This document shows positions 47,584-58,479 of a stretch of 64,000 nt of DNA, one piece after another (the stretch's first letter is position 1; each line of letters opens with the position of its first letter). Both the position numbers and the translations under genes were made by a program. Below the pieces are notes generated by a model, which worked only from the letters and a program-made list of their open reading frames with translations, was not told the DNA's origin and did not search any database. The stretch lies in assembly GCA_964019335.1 (NCBI GenBank), contig OZ025750.1:248001-312000 (forward strand), written 5' to 3'. Origin of the DNA: Diplonema japonicum (Eukaryota; Protista; Euglenozoa: Diplonemea).

Positions 47584-49231
47584 CTGTAAAACGAATAATG
47601 TCGGACGGAAAAATTCTCGGACAGAAAAACTCCCGGACACCAAAAAAACCCGGACATTTTTCCGTCCGGGAGTTTTTCGTTTTAGAAGTTTTTTTACTTA
47701 AGGGGGGGTAGCAGCTCCCACCACGTTTGCCTGGAAGGGCTTTATTCCTTGTGCAGAGCCAAAATGTTTACCCTGCGTGGCAGTTTGAATTTTTCTTCCC
47801 CTTTCAATGCACCAACAAACAGCACCCACGGGATCTTTAACTTCTCATAAACCCGTTCTTTCGTCAAATTAACCAGTTCGACTAAGGCACGTTGAGCAGC
47901 TGGCTTGTGAGGGGCCCAACTTTGGTGCTGACACCCCCGGCCAGCTCACCCCCGAGAGGTGGAGGAGATAAACACCTTACACCGGGCCAGTACAAACCCC
48001 CGAAAGCAGCTTGGCGGCCTCTGCCTCGGTCAGAAGACGGCAGCAACAGGTTCAACAGAGCCCCCGGTTTCTTCCAGACGGAAATACTGGACGTTGCTAT
48101 TCACCCTACCACACCCTGGCCGCCGCGACGCCGTGATAGCAGCGTATCGCCCAATACGGGATTTAGCATCCTTCGGGGGCTGAAAGGTTTTTGCTTGAGT
48201 CGATAGGTAAAACGGGCTTGGTGAGCTTATCCCAGCACAACAAATATGCACCTATGCAGAAGGGCTGCTTTCGCGCCAATCCAGCCCGAAAGACAAACCT
48301 GGCAGACTTTGGTGGAGCACTGTCCTTTTCCACTGACTAGGCTGACAAAACTTTGCAGCAAGAAAGACAAAAGCCGCAAGCCACCTCCGGAAAGCCCGGA
48401 AACGAGAAGGACAACGAGAGGGCACGCTGTTTCACCATGGAATTCAGGTCCATAATCGACACCCATAAAGTAAGGCCGGAATTGGTCTGGAATACAGGGT
48501 TAAAAACTAAAACGAAAAGGGGTGCTAAGGTCGTAAAAGTCCGTGGCTTGGGTGACAAAACGGGCTATAACCGAACAGCTGGCTGTTTCCTTGGCTGGAT
48601 GGGTTGCAACTTAAATACAAAGGCAAAGCGGAAACGCAACCGGCAGGGATTATCCGTGCCCCGGTCAAGCACCTGCCCGTCGAATGGAGCCTAACGGCAT
48701 CGCCCAATCATTGGGCTAATTATGATACTCGGTATCTGGGTTACGGAGCTGTTTCTTCCTTTTTGCTATAAATCATTGATTCCCATGGTTTTGCCGAACG
48801 GGCCGATTCTGCTGCTTGTCGGCGACCACAACTCTCACACGACCTATGCCTATGGGTTCGTAGAGTGGTTCGCAGGCGCAAACGTGCACATTGCTTTTGT
48901 CCCCCTGGGCTCACCTACATGGTTCAACCGATGGATATTGGGTTGAACGCAGCTGTAAAGCATCTATTAAGAAAGGTAGTAGGCCACACGAAGGCTCGAC
49001 AAGCTGATTGCCTCAGGGGCAGCAAGGGAGGACAAAGATGCAGAAAGGGAACCCTGGGGGTTTCTTCGCGCCGTTTGGGTTGCCGTTTGCAGCCCAGGCC
49101 AGTATAGTATGTAGGTGGTAGTGGACCAGGCCCCCTGACGGCCTTACCTAAAAAAAACTCCCGGACGGAAAAATTCCCGGACGCCAAAAAAACTCGGACA
49201 TTTTTCCGTCCGGGAGTTTTTCGTTTTACAG
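47584..49231 (+). mobile_element. Decayed pogo/Tigger-type (DDE_1, Tc1/mariner superfamily) DNA transposon with TA target duplication
   Basis: TA|CTGTAAAACGAA at the left end and TTCGTTTTACAG|TA at the right, with about 30 bp imperfect TIRs. Frameshifted transposase remnant PILLLVGDHNSH...PPGLTYMVQPMDIGLNAAVK at about 48790-48965. Confidence 0.8.
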
Positions 49232-49447
49232 TATTTTTTTTTTCTTTTTGGGAAAACTGCAACGATACTTGGCCGTGGTGGTAGAGAAGCGGGACCGTGG
49301 GTACGAAATGTAGTAGGTAACCTGAACCCGCTGCTTCAATGGTTGTCACTGCTGCGCTGGTGGAGAAGGACAGCTGGTTTCGAATGGACGACCTGTAGCG
49401 GCCCTCTAGCGGTTTTTTTATTTGACTTGTCTATACAAAAGGGGAAG

Positions 49448-49660
49448 CGTACGGTTTCTTTTTTGACAGCAAACTGCACGAGCGCAGAATCCCGGGACGC
49501 CCCGGCTAGGGTTGAGCACACCGCATGCATTAAGGACACGACGCGGAACGAAGAAGCTACTGCTCGAGGAGCGCCCCCTGTAATCAAGTAGGTAGTTCGT
49601 GCTTCGTTGCACGCTTAACGCCACCTAGTGTTGCAATCAAAGCCCCATTTTCTTTTTTTT
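49448..49660 (+). repeat. ~200-bp dispersed repeat ending in poly(T); second copy at 52378-52585
   Basis: cagcaaactgcacgagcgcagaatc...gttgcaatcaaagcccca(T)n is near-identical in both copies apart from small indels. Confidence 0.9.
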
Positions 49661-50307
49661 TTAAAAGGGTTTTGTGGGTTATTTGTATGCGGTTTTCACC
49701 ACCAGCACCTGCCAGAATAAGGCTGCTTACCTGCTTTTTTTGTTAAAGAAAGAAGAAAAAAAAAAAAGAAGGTTTTTTTTTTCTCGTTTTCTCGTTTCTC
49801 TTTTTATTTATTTATTTTGTCCTTTGGGTTTAGTTTCTTTCAGATGCTTTCTGTGAATTAGAAGAAAACAAAACAAAACAAGAAAAAAAAGAAGGGGGGT
49901 AAGAAAAAAAAAAGGAGGCGTGCAGTTTGAGAAGGGGGTGCTTAAGCCGCTTATTTTTCACCTTTTCTTTTTTCTTTTGTATTTAACAAGAGCTGATCAG
50001 TTTCTTGTAAAGAGCAAAAAGAAAAGAGAGTGATGGTGACATGCAGTATTTATCCCTAGGCAATCCGTTTTCAAGCATTGTCTATTTTCTTTTTCGTTTC
50101 CATATCAAGTCCAAAGAGGGGTACGAGTAGTTAAGTACTTGTAGAAAAAGATTATCGGGCTGACAAAAGAAAGAAGAATAGTCCGGACGAAAAAATACTC
50201 TAAACAGTAATATTATATCCCCTGACGGTTGGTTACCTTTAATTTTTCTTTTTTGCTTTTTTGTAACGAAAAGCTAAAGCTATTTCTTTTTTTTTTTTTA
50301 AAAAAGT

Positions 50308-50540
50308 GATCGGATGGAACAGGAGGGCGATATTTGCATCACCGAAGACCAAGCATGACCTAGAGGCGTTGAAAGGACAATGGGCGAGAGAACGAAGAGA
50401 AAGAGCGGCCAGGCTGGGGAGAAGGCCGGCAAGACAACCAAAGGAGGAGAAACCGCTGCTGAAAGGGGATAGGTGCAGGTAGAAGATGAGAACAAGGGGG
50501 CGTCTCACAAAGACTTCCTTTAACTCATATATTTTTTTTT
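50308..50540 (+). mobile_element. 3' fragment of a related retroelement (family B)
   Basis: Translates as IGWNRRAIFASPKTK..LLKGDRCR*, then atgagaacaagggggcgtctcacaaagacttcctttaactcatata(T)n. The tail recurs at about 1582, 33311, 43325 and 47417, with variants at 40633 and 41270. Confidence 0.65.
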
Positions 50541-50622
50541 CATATTAGGCACATAGTGAATACTGTGCCTATATATGATTGCTGAACCAAACAAACTTTT
50601 TTTTTTTTCATCGGAAAGATAA

Positions 50623-51045
50623 ACGCAGCATGCAGGGCACGGAAGAAGCGACGCCCCTTCCCAGCGGACGAGAGAAAAAGAGTGAAGTCCCTCATCGCCA
50701 TTGGAGGTAAGGCAGCAATTGGTTTCTCCAGGAAGGCCTACTTTCGCCACCCGCTCCACGCACGACAAGCTGATGGAATTGAAGGCCGACTACAAGCGGG
50801 AACGCAGGTGTCCTAAGGCAAGCTCAGTAAGAACAGAAATCTTACGTAGAGCATAAGGGTAAAAGCTTGCTCGATACACGATCTTCAGTACCGATCCTCA
50901 TCGCATCACACGACTCCGCAAGACGCTCACGGCCTCAATCGGGATGAAAGCAATGCTCCAAAGGGGAGTATTAATAGATAGACCCCCCCCTCCCATAGGG
51001 CGGCCCTCTAGCGGGGGGCTTGTCCTGTACTTTGAGTTTTTTTTC
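50623..51045 (+). mobile_element. Family A retroelement 3' fragment
   Basis: Aligns by eye to 27620-27940 with about 100 bp extra internal sequence; same 3' UTR followed by a T run. Confidence 0.7.
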
Positions 51046-51411
51046 TTGCGAAGAATTTGACTTTTTTTTATTTTTATGAAAACGGGCTTTTAGGTTTTTG
51101 CCCTGAAGCCCTCATGTGTGTTACATGATTCGGTGAAGGCACTTTCCCTCTTGCACCTTTTTTTTTTTTTTTTGGTGTGAGGCCCTCCCCCCCCCCCGTC
51201 TCGCCGTCCCCGCAATATTTATTATTATTATCTTGTGCCGCAGGCAGGGTGAGATTACGGTGGGAGGGTTGGTTCTTCAGCCGATACATGAGACACATGT
51301 TACATTACATTCCTTTCCTATTTTTTTTTAATCCTAGTGAAAAACAATCCTTTCCCTGAGCCCAGTTTCCTCTCCTCTTTGGGTGTCGCCTGAAGATTCC
51401 CGCCATTTCCT

Positions 51412-51442
<31 letters not shown>

Positions 51443-51665
51443 GTGGGGAACATTATCAACGTGTTTATAAGCTTCTCCAGGTGCGTAAAAACAAAATGCC
51501 AGTTCTTTTTCTCGCAGCGGACAAACGGGCAAAATCCTTTTTCTCTTTTTTTTTTGGTGGGGCCAGCAACGTCCGGCACAGAAGTGTGCACATGTTCTTG
51601 TGATGGATGAGAAAAGGGTATGCGGCCCTGCATGAAAAGCTTTCATGAGAAGAATCTATATGTGG

Positions 51666-51824
51666 GGCTATACTGGCAAGAAACGGGTAACGTTTCCGTT
51701 TCCTTATTTTTCAGATACTTAAGGAAACGGCCCAAGGTAAGGATTGGAAACGGTGAAACGTTTCCGTTTCCGTTTCCTTATTTTAAAAAAAGTGCTTGGA
51801 AACGCGTTTCCTGCCAGCATAGCC
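51666..51824. mobile_element. MITE with 20-bp TIRs (18/20 match) and internal gaaacg/cgtttc subrepeats
   Basis: ggctatactggcaagaaacg versus cgtttcctgccagcatagcc. Confidence 0.65.
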
Positions 51825-52131
51825 TAGGGGGAGGGGGGGTCACATGGTAGTGGTAAAGTAGGTTTTTTCAAATTCGCAAATGCAGCCCCTTTGTCGACCA
51901 CCCACAAGGCATTATTTTGCATTTTTAAAAAAAGGTGACCACGGTTTGGTACCTGAGGTTTGTTTTTGCAAAGATTTCAGAAATACAGATAGAGCATTCA
52001 CAAGTGCTCTCTAATCCGGCGAATTTTGATTTTTTTGGTTAATTTGGAGGGTATTGGGCGTTTTCTTTTTTACCTAAGATAACTTTTTTTCATGTTTACC
52101 ACGTTTTTAAGGACCACGTGACCCCCCCCTA
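51825..52131. mobile_element. MITE-like element abutting the previous one
   Basis: gggggggtcacatggt versus accacgtgaccccccc. Confidence 0.5.
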
Positions 52132-52377
52132 CCCCTCAAGCAATTGCATTGAAACCCAGACAAGCCTCTTGCCCTTTTTTCATGGTCGAAGGAAAACAAT
52201 CTATAGCAAAAAAGGCAAGAAGCATTTTTTGGTATTTTTTTTTTCCTTCTTTTTTTTTGAAGGTGGTGGGGATAACATGGAAATATAAGAAGTACATCAG
52301 ATGTGTTGTTCGCTGTTGACCTCCTCGTCGGTCATCACCGGAAGAACGTATCGCAGATGCTCAGGGTGACGAACAGG

Positions 52378-52585
52378 CAGCAAACTGCACGAGCGCAGAA
52401 TCTTGGTTACCCGGGACGCCCCGGCTAGGGTTGAGCACACCGCATGCATTAAGGACACGACGCGGAACGCAGAAGAAGCTACTGCTCGGCCGAGGAGCGC
52501 CCCCTGTAATCAAGTAGGTATTTCGTGCTTCGTTGCACGCTTAACGCCACCTAGTGTTGCAATCAAAGCCCCATTTTTTTTTTTA
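52378..52585 (+). repeat. Second copy of the ~200-bp T-tailed repeat
   Basis: Matches 49448-49660. Confidence 0.9.
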
Positions 52586-53424
52586 AAAGGCCGAAGCAAA
52601 AAAGAAAGTGTACTTTTTCTGAGACCTGTAATGTTCTTATTCCCCCTCTCCCCCTCCCCATATGTTGTTTTTTTTATTTTATTCTTTTTTTTCCCTAATC
52701 CTATACCAATAGTGTCATTTTTCCGCGTTGCTACTGAAAATCAAAAAAAAGAAAGAAGAAGAAAAAAAAAGAAAAGTGTTCACGTACCCCTCAAGAGAAG
52801 AAAAAAAAAAAGAAAGTTGGAAAGATGAAAAGTAGCGATTTCTTTTTTTTCTTTTTTTTTTTTTTTTTTTTCCAAGCGGACATTAAGGTACGTAAGGTGT
52901 CATAACTTTTCCAAACCCAATCTCGATTTCCGAGATAAACCTGCAAAAAAGAAAAAAAGGAAGAAAAAGAAAAAGAAAAGAGGAGAAAAAAAAAAAAAAA
53001 AAAAAGCAAGCGACGGAAGGGAGGCCATGCTCCTGGGGCCTAGAGACAAAAAAGAACAATACTAGAAGGAAGAAAAAGGCGAGGGAAGAACAAGAAAGCT
53101 AAACAAAAAAGAAAAGAAACCCCTCACATAATAGATATCCTTTTTTTTTTTTTTTTTTAGAAATTCGAGCCTTTTCTCCTCACAACAAGTGACCCTTCCC
53201 CTTACAAACTTCGATCTCCCAATCACTTATTTCTTTTCCTCCCCTCTTTTTTTTATATTTTTTTTATATCCTGTTGTCCTTTTTTTTTTTGTCACACCCC
53301 ACCCCCTTTTTTATTCAACTTTTTTTATCGAGTTCTTTTTTTTTTTTCCGTTTCTTTTTTTTTTTTTGCCCTTTTCTATCTGTGTCATTTCAGGCCTTTT
53401 TATTTTTTTTCTTTTTCCAAAAAG

Positions 53425-55635
53425 ATGATGAAGATTGTAGTGGCACTGCTAGGTCTGCTAACAGGTACTCGTGCAGCATCGTTCTCTTGCGAAGGAAGCC
53501 TGAAGACTGTAACGAACGATGTGATCAAGCTGCCTTGTTCGATTGAGATTAAGTTCCTTAGAAAGGAGTTCAAACAAGAATTCTGGCTAGAGATGAAGGA
53601 GTGCGCCAAGGAGTTCCGGGTGTACGGCTCGACCAATTTAGGAAACTTTGACGAGATTGTGACCGAAGAGCACAACGAGGTGAAGTTCCCCGGCATAGGT
53701 AAGATCCCAGGCGGCTGCACCGCCATTAAGTTCAACAGTATTTCAACGAGCGAGGACGGGATCTCATTCTGCCCGACATTCGATTGCAGGTTCGTGAAGG
53801 ACCCACCGTGCGTGTCTGTTTCCATCGACGACAGCTGCATGAGCAAGCAGTCCTGCGGCGACTGCATCACCACACCAGGATGCGGGTGGTGCTACGACAA
53901 CGAACAATGCCTTCCCAAGGCAGCCTCCACAGACATCGATCGCTGCAAATACTGCGAAGACTGGACCTCCACCGAGTGCCCCGCTTGCCCAGAAAACTGC
54001 GGTGGGCACGGTGACTGCACATTACGATCTTGCAAATGCAACGACAACTGGACGGGGACAGGGACTTGCAACGTCTACCAAAAACCAACATCCAAGCCGT
54101 GCCCGAACATGCTCGGGACCGTCAGGGAGCCCATCGCCTTCTCGCCCTCATCCTACGCCGGCGGGCTCTACCACAGCATGCTGTCTGTCAGCAGTGTTGC
54201 ATACTTCGCCGTCGAGACCAACATGCCTCAGTATGACATCTTCGTCAGAGTGCACGACAGGGCGTCCGTGAAGCAGCACGACTACCGGTCTTCAAAAAAC
54301 AGCCTCGGCGGTGCACCATGTGTGTCGCATGACAATAGTGTTGTCATTTCCCTGACGGACCCAAGCTTCCCTGCTGGTGCTGTTGTGTGGATTGGGGTGC
54401 ATGCTCCTCTTGGCACGGACGGGATGAAGGTCACGGTGACTCTTGGCACGTGCAGTGCTGGTTTTTCCGGTTGGCCCTGCGTTATCCCCGTTACTGACCT
54501 CCTGGTCATTGAAGACGAAGACACCCGAGGCAAGTCCCACACGTACTTAGAGACGCGCACAGTCGGTGTCATGAAAGGGGAGCAGCACCTTATGCGGTTC
54601 CGCGTGCCGAGCGAGACCGTGAAGATCGTTCCACAGGTGCCCGACAGCATCGCAAAATACGTGACGACAGACCTCCTGCTGGAGGGGAAGAAGATCGACG
54701 GTAGCCGCCCCCCTCCTACAGACGACGCTGGTGTGCTCATCACGGTGAACAGCAACCTCGCCTCCGATTGGTTGGAGGTCCCGCTTACAATCGGCTTCAC
54801 GGTGTGCGAGACGACGAACTACGAAAGTGAATGTGAGGGTTTGATGCCGCATCTCCTTGTTGCGGGGCAGCCGTCTGTCAGTGTAGAGTGGCCGAAGCAC
54901 TCGAAGTGGACGGTGGTGCAGTTCACAGTACCAAGCGGCGTGGGAAGGGTCATCATCACGGGGCAGACAAGCGCGGCTTCCCCGCGTCTTGTTGCGGACT
55001 TCAGAGTACGGCCCACGGAGAGATCGCAGTGGCAGGCGCACAACATGCATCTGGAGCTGGACCACCCTAGTGCAGGGCATTGGTTTGTCGGGATGTACAC
55101 ACCAGTTGGCACCCAGGTCGACGAGAGCGCAAACTTTATGTTAGAGATGTCAGACTGTGCGGAGTGCGGGGCGGCGTACTGTAACAAGACATTCGGCAGC
55201 GTGGCACAGCGTGTCTGCTCACCGACAGACTGCCTGTCGCCATCACAGTCCAGTTCTGTGGACCTCGCACAGTGCTCGAACACAATGGTCGTAACGACAC
55301 CCAGTCCCTCCGCAGAGACTGTTCTTATGGATGATGGAGGTGCTGATACGAACACTATGGTGGGCATCATCGTCGGTGCCTTCTTGGGTGTGTGTTTAGT
55401 TGCAACAGGTATTGCCGTGGCATACATGTACTCCAGGTGGAGAGTGAAGAAGGACCAGGAGCGTAGGGAGCAAGGCGGCTATGACTTTGCACCCACTGCC
55501 GTCCCAGGCGATGAGATGCAGATGTCCGACACTGGATCGGATTTGGAAGCATGCTGTGAGCCGGCGCCCACCCCGGACCCTGCTGCTGCGAAGTCGATTA
55601 ATAATGAGAATGTTGCGCAGGTGGATCAGGAATGA
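53425..55635 (+). CDS. Type I membrane protein with signal peptide, PSI and EGF-like domains
   Basis: Signal MMKIVVALLGLLTG; PSI-like SCGDCITTPGCGWC; EGF-like CPENCGGHGDC..CKCNDNWTG; TM MVGIIVGAFLGVCLVATGIAVAY; acidic tail. Confidence 0.85.
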   Translation: MMKIVVALLGLLTGTRAASFSCEGSLKTVTNDVIKLPCSIEIKFLRKEFKQEFWLEMKECAKEFRVYGSTNLGNFDEIVTEEHNEVKFPGIGKIPGGCTAIKFNSISTSEDGISFCPTFDCRFVKDPPCVSVSIDDSCMSKQSCGDCITTPGCGWCYDNEQCLPKAASTDIDRCKYCEDWTSTECPACPENCGGHGDCTLRSCKCNDNWTGTGTCNVYQKPTSKPCPNMLGTVREPIAFSPSSYAGGLYHSMLSVSSVAYFAVETNMPQYDIFVRVHDRASVKQHDYRSSKNSLGGAPCVSHDNSVVISLTDPSFPAGAVVWIGVHAPLGTDGMKVTVTLGTCSAGFSGWPCVIPVTDLLVIEDEDTRGKSHTYLETRTVGVMKGEQHLMRFRVPSETVKIVPQVPDSIAKYVTTDLLLEGKKIDGSRPPPTDDAGVLITVNSNLASDWLEVPLTIGFTVCETTNYESECEGLMPHLLVAGQPSVSVEWPKHSKWTVVQFTVPSGVGRVIITGQTSAASPRLVADFRVRPTERSQWQAHNMHLELDHPSAGHWFVGMYTPVGTQVDESANFMLEMSDCAECGAAYCNKTFGSVAQRVCSPTDCLSPSQSSSVDLAQCSNTMVVTTPSPSAETVLMDDGGADTNTMVGIIVGAFLGVCLVATGIAVAYMYSRWRVKKDQERREQGGYDFAPTAVPGDEMQMSDTGSDLEACCEPAPTPDPAAAKSINNENVAQVDQE

Positions 55636-57033
55636 TTTTCTTTTTTTAGAAAAACAGTAGCATGCAAAAAGGGGAAATGGTCTCTTTTTTGAAAAGAAAT
55701 GGGGGGAGGGGAAGAACAAAGATAAGTGAAACAATGTATGCAAGTGAATTTCCCCCCAAGGCAGAAAGGCGTCAGGTTGTGCCCTGTAGACCTTCCAAAG
55801 AGCATATAATTGACGGGATTGGGGGGGGGAAAAAAGAAGTGATACAAAAAGAACAAGAGTTCTTTTGCTCTGGGCAGGGTTCATAATAACAGATTTTTAG
55901 AAATGTAGTACCTATCCTCTGATGACTAACCTTTTTTTTTGTTCGATTTTCCCTTTTTTTTTTGACCGTACCAAAAAAAAAAAGAAAGAAAAAAGAATAG
56001 AGACGGCGACAAAGGGCACGGGTGCACCTGGTTTAACGATATCATAGTTATGTACCATAAGGGTGCACACCCCCCCCTTTTTTTCCCAATCTTTTTTAAA
56101 TTCTAATTTGGTACAATGAAGGGTCCATACACGCCCCCCCCCCCCCACTTTTTAATAAGGTTTAATGATTCTTATAAAGTCGTTGAGTTTTTTATGTGCT
56201 GTGACCCACCCCGCACGAGATACAAAAAAGAACTAAGTTGCGAGGTTTAGGGTTTGATATATTATCATAAGGAAAATTAAAAAGCTTTTTTTTCTTCTTC
56301 TTTTTTTTTTTCTCTTCCTTTTCTTCCCAATATACGACTTTTACCAACAAGAGAACAAAAAGGGTCACGACAAGGATTGAAGGGAGGGAAAAAAGAAAAT
56401 GGGACGATTCTTTTATCTGTCTTTTTTTGTCCCCCCCCCTCGTATCCGTAAGAAAGCTTGTATCCTAATCAGGGTTTTAAATTAGAAAATGAAGAGTCTC
56501 ATCGACGCTTTACTGATGGCGCACGAGTAGGTTGCCTTGTACACACCGTGTTCTCAGAACCTCCTTTAAAGTGATGACGGGAATGTCATGCCCGCTGACC
56601 AAGGTGCTGCATCGCAGGTGGGAACTCGAACACAGTTTTGATGCACACATCGTCCCCAGGGCCCGGTCTTCAACCATGGTGTGTGGGGCCTAAAAACCAC
56701 GTCCCCGTCAGCGTGAGGTGACATCGAAACTGATACAACGACCGATAGGGCATGACAGTACAGCTCAGGGGTGCTACTTCAACGGCATCCGGTCGGACGC
56801 AGTCTGACGCCGAGAAATCTGTACAGGAGGCACAGGCTCCCTCTTGTGGTGATGATCTTCATCAGCGCCGCCACATGCCGCAGTCACCGTAGAGGAGGTT
56901 TCCACCATCTCGCACTCGGCGTCCGTTTATTTTTTCCCCTCTTTTTGTTACTCGAATGCAGTATGGTACCATGTTTACTTTTATTCTTTAGTTCAAAAAC
57001 ACCAGCTGGCAACGCTTCTGAAAAGGATTATAG

Positions 57034-57387
57034 ATGTCATCCCACATGCTTGTGCTTCTGGTGGTGCTGGTGGTGGGCATGGCGGCCGCGGGTGACAGGG
57101 ACGAGCTGTGCTGGGACACCGAAAGTGGTGTAGCTGTGAAGACTAGCAACTGCACGTTCGGGTGCTGCATCGATGGCGACTGTGGAAGCGAAGGCCAGTG
57201 TGACAAGGCACACGATGCAGCAGTGGTTGCAAGTGCCGTAGCAGTCGGCTGCTGCTGTGGGTTGGCTGTCATGGCCTTCATGTACTGGAAAAAGATCGCT
57301 TGCTTCAAGTCTGTTGAGCCTCCCACTCCTTCGCCGTTTGCGACAGAGTTCCATCAGGCTCCCACTGTCATCTACACCCAGAGCTGA
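57034..57387 (+). CDS. Small Cys-rich single-pass membrane protein (117 aa)
   Basis: Signal peptide, a six-Cys ectodomain (C..CTFGCCIDGDC..C), a TM segment containing CCC, and a Pro-rich tail. Confidence 0.75.
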   Translation: MSSHMLVLLVVLVVGMAAAGDRDELCWDTESGVAVKTSNCTFGCCIDGDCGSEGQCDKAHDAAVVASAVAVGCCCGLAVMAFMYWKKIACFKSVEPPTPSPFATEFHQAPTVIYTQS

Positions 57388-57932
57388 TCTTTTTCACTAT
57401 TGTTTCCCTTTTATCTAATTGTTTAACAAGTACCTCAATATCTTTTTCTTTTTTGCACCAACGTGCCTGAAAGAAAAAAGAGGAAGAAAGACAAAGCACC
57501 CGGATTCTATTTTGTTGTTAAAACCATGTCCTTCATAGGCTAAAGAAGAAAGAAGCTTTTTAAGAACTAAAACAGAAAAGGTACAGTGTTTCCTTCCTCG
57601 TCTATCCCTCACCCTTCCTGAAAAAAGGGGTTTTTTTCTTTTCTTTCCCTCTCTCTTTTTTTGCACCCACAGCATCTGCTGTGCATTCGGACACCCAATC
57701 TTTCGAAAACTAGCTCTGGGGAACTCAAGGAGGGTCTCAAATATCACTTCTTTCGAAATATCGAAAGGAGGATGACACACCCTTTTATACATACCCCACT
57801 TCTTATTTTATTTCTTCCTTCTTCCTCTTCGTTTATTTTACGAGCAGTTTTCTGTTATCCTCTCCCTCCCCCTTTTTTTTATCTGCCTCAGATTTATGAA
57901 CGTAACACACAGGATATAACAGATTCAGAAAG

Positions 57933-58247
57933 ATGGACTTCAAGGCGATTGCACTCAAGTTTCTTGACCTCCGTGTGAAGAAGGAGTACGACGAGCTGAT
58001 TGATCTCATTGACGAGAACTTCGCGCTTGACCATTTCAGGGACGGGAAGCTCAACGGGAAGGACGAGTACAGGAAGTACCTTGACGCCAACGAGCCCCCC
58101 CCGGGCACCTGGGAGGAGCCCATCGTGGAGGGCAACGTCGTGAAGATCACCGGCCAGATCAAGAAGTTCATGATGAACTGGACGGTGCACAGCGCCCTCA
58201 CCTTTACTGATGAGGGTAAGATCTGCGACATCAAGCTGTGGAGGTAA
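57933..58247 (+). CDS. Small NTF2/SnoaL-like fold protein (104 aa), putative
   Basis: FLD..KEYDELIDLIDENF..D..GKDEYRKY and FTDEGKICDIK match the SnoaL-like pattern. Strong C/G bias at third codon positions. Confidence 0.65.
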   Translation: MDFKAIALKFLDLRVKKEYDELIDLIDENFALDHFRDGKLNGKDEYRKYLDANEPPPGTWEEPIVEGNVVKITGQIKKFMMNWTVHSALTFTDEGKICDIKLWR

Positions 58248-58479
58248 GAGAACCAACGGGCAAAATGACGCACACCCTCACGCGTACATTTTTCTTATTC
58301 CTTTCCTTCCCTTTTTTTTTTTTTTTTTTTCTTTCTTCTCTTTTCTTATGTGCGTTGAAGCAGCCGGTGCTGCCCCCTCAGAACCCCATCGAGGACTCAA
58401 TAATCGCACTTTTTCTTCTTCTTTCTCCTTTCCCAGTTAAAACACGGTATTTTTTGGTAGATACAATCCAGCAGGCAAC

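Noticed and set aside
47600-47685. Short repeated cggac units as a CRISPR-like array
   Set aside because: No regular repeat-spacer structure, a eukaryotic context, and explained as transposon subterminal repeats.
50805-50901. ~100-bp segment present in the 50.6 kb element but absent at 27.8 kb, beginning cag|gt like an intron
   Set aside because: There is no 3' AG, and it is flanked by cgca microhomology, so a deletion in the other copy explains it better.
56488-56925. GC-rich island with C/D-box-like words (gtgatga..ctga at 56571-56598)
   Set aside because: The spacing is too short for a guide snoRNA and no antisense element was recognised. It is more likely a decayed coding fragment, which I could not assign.
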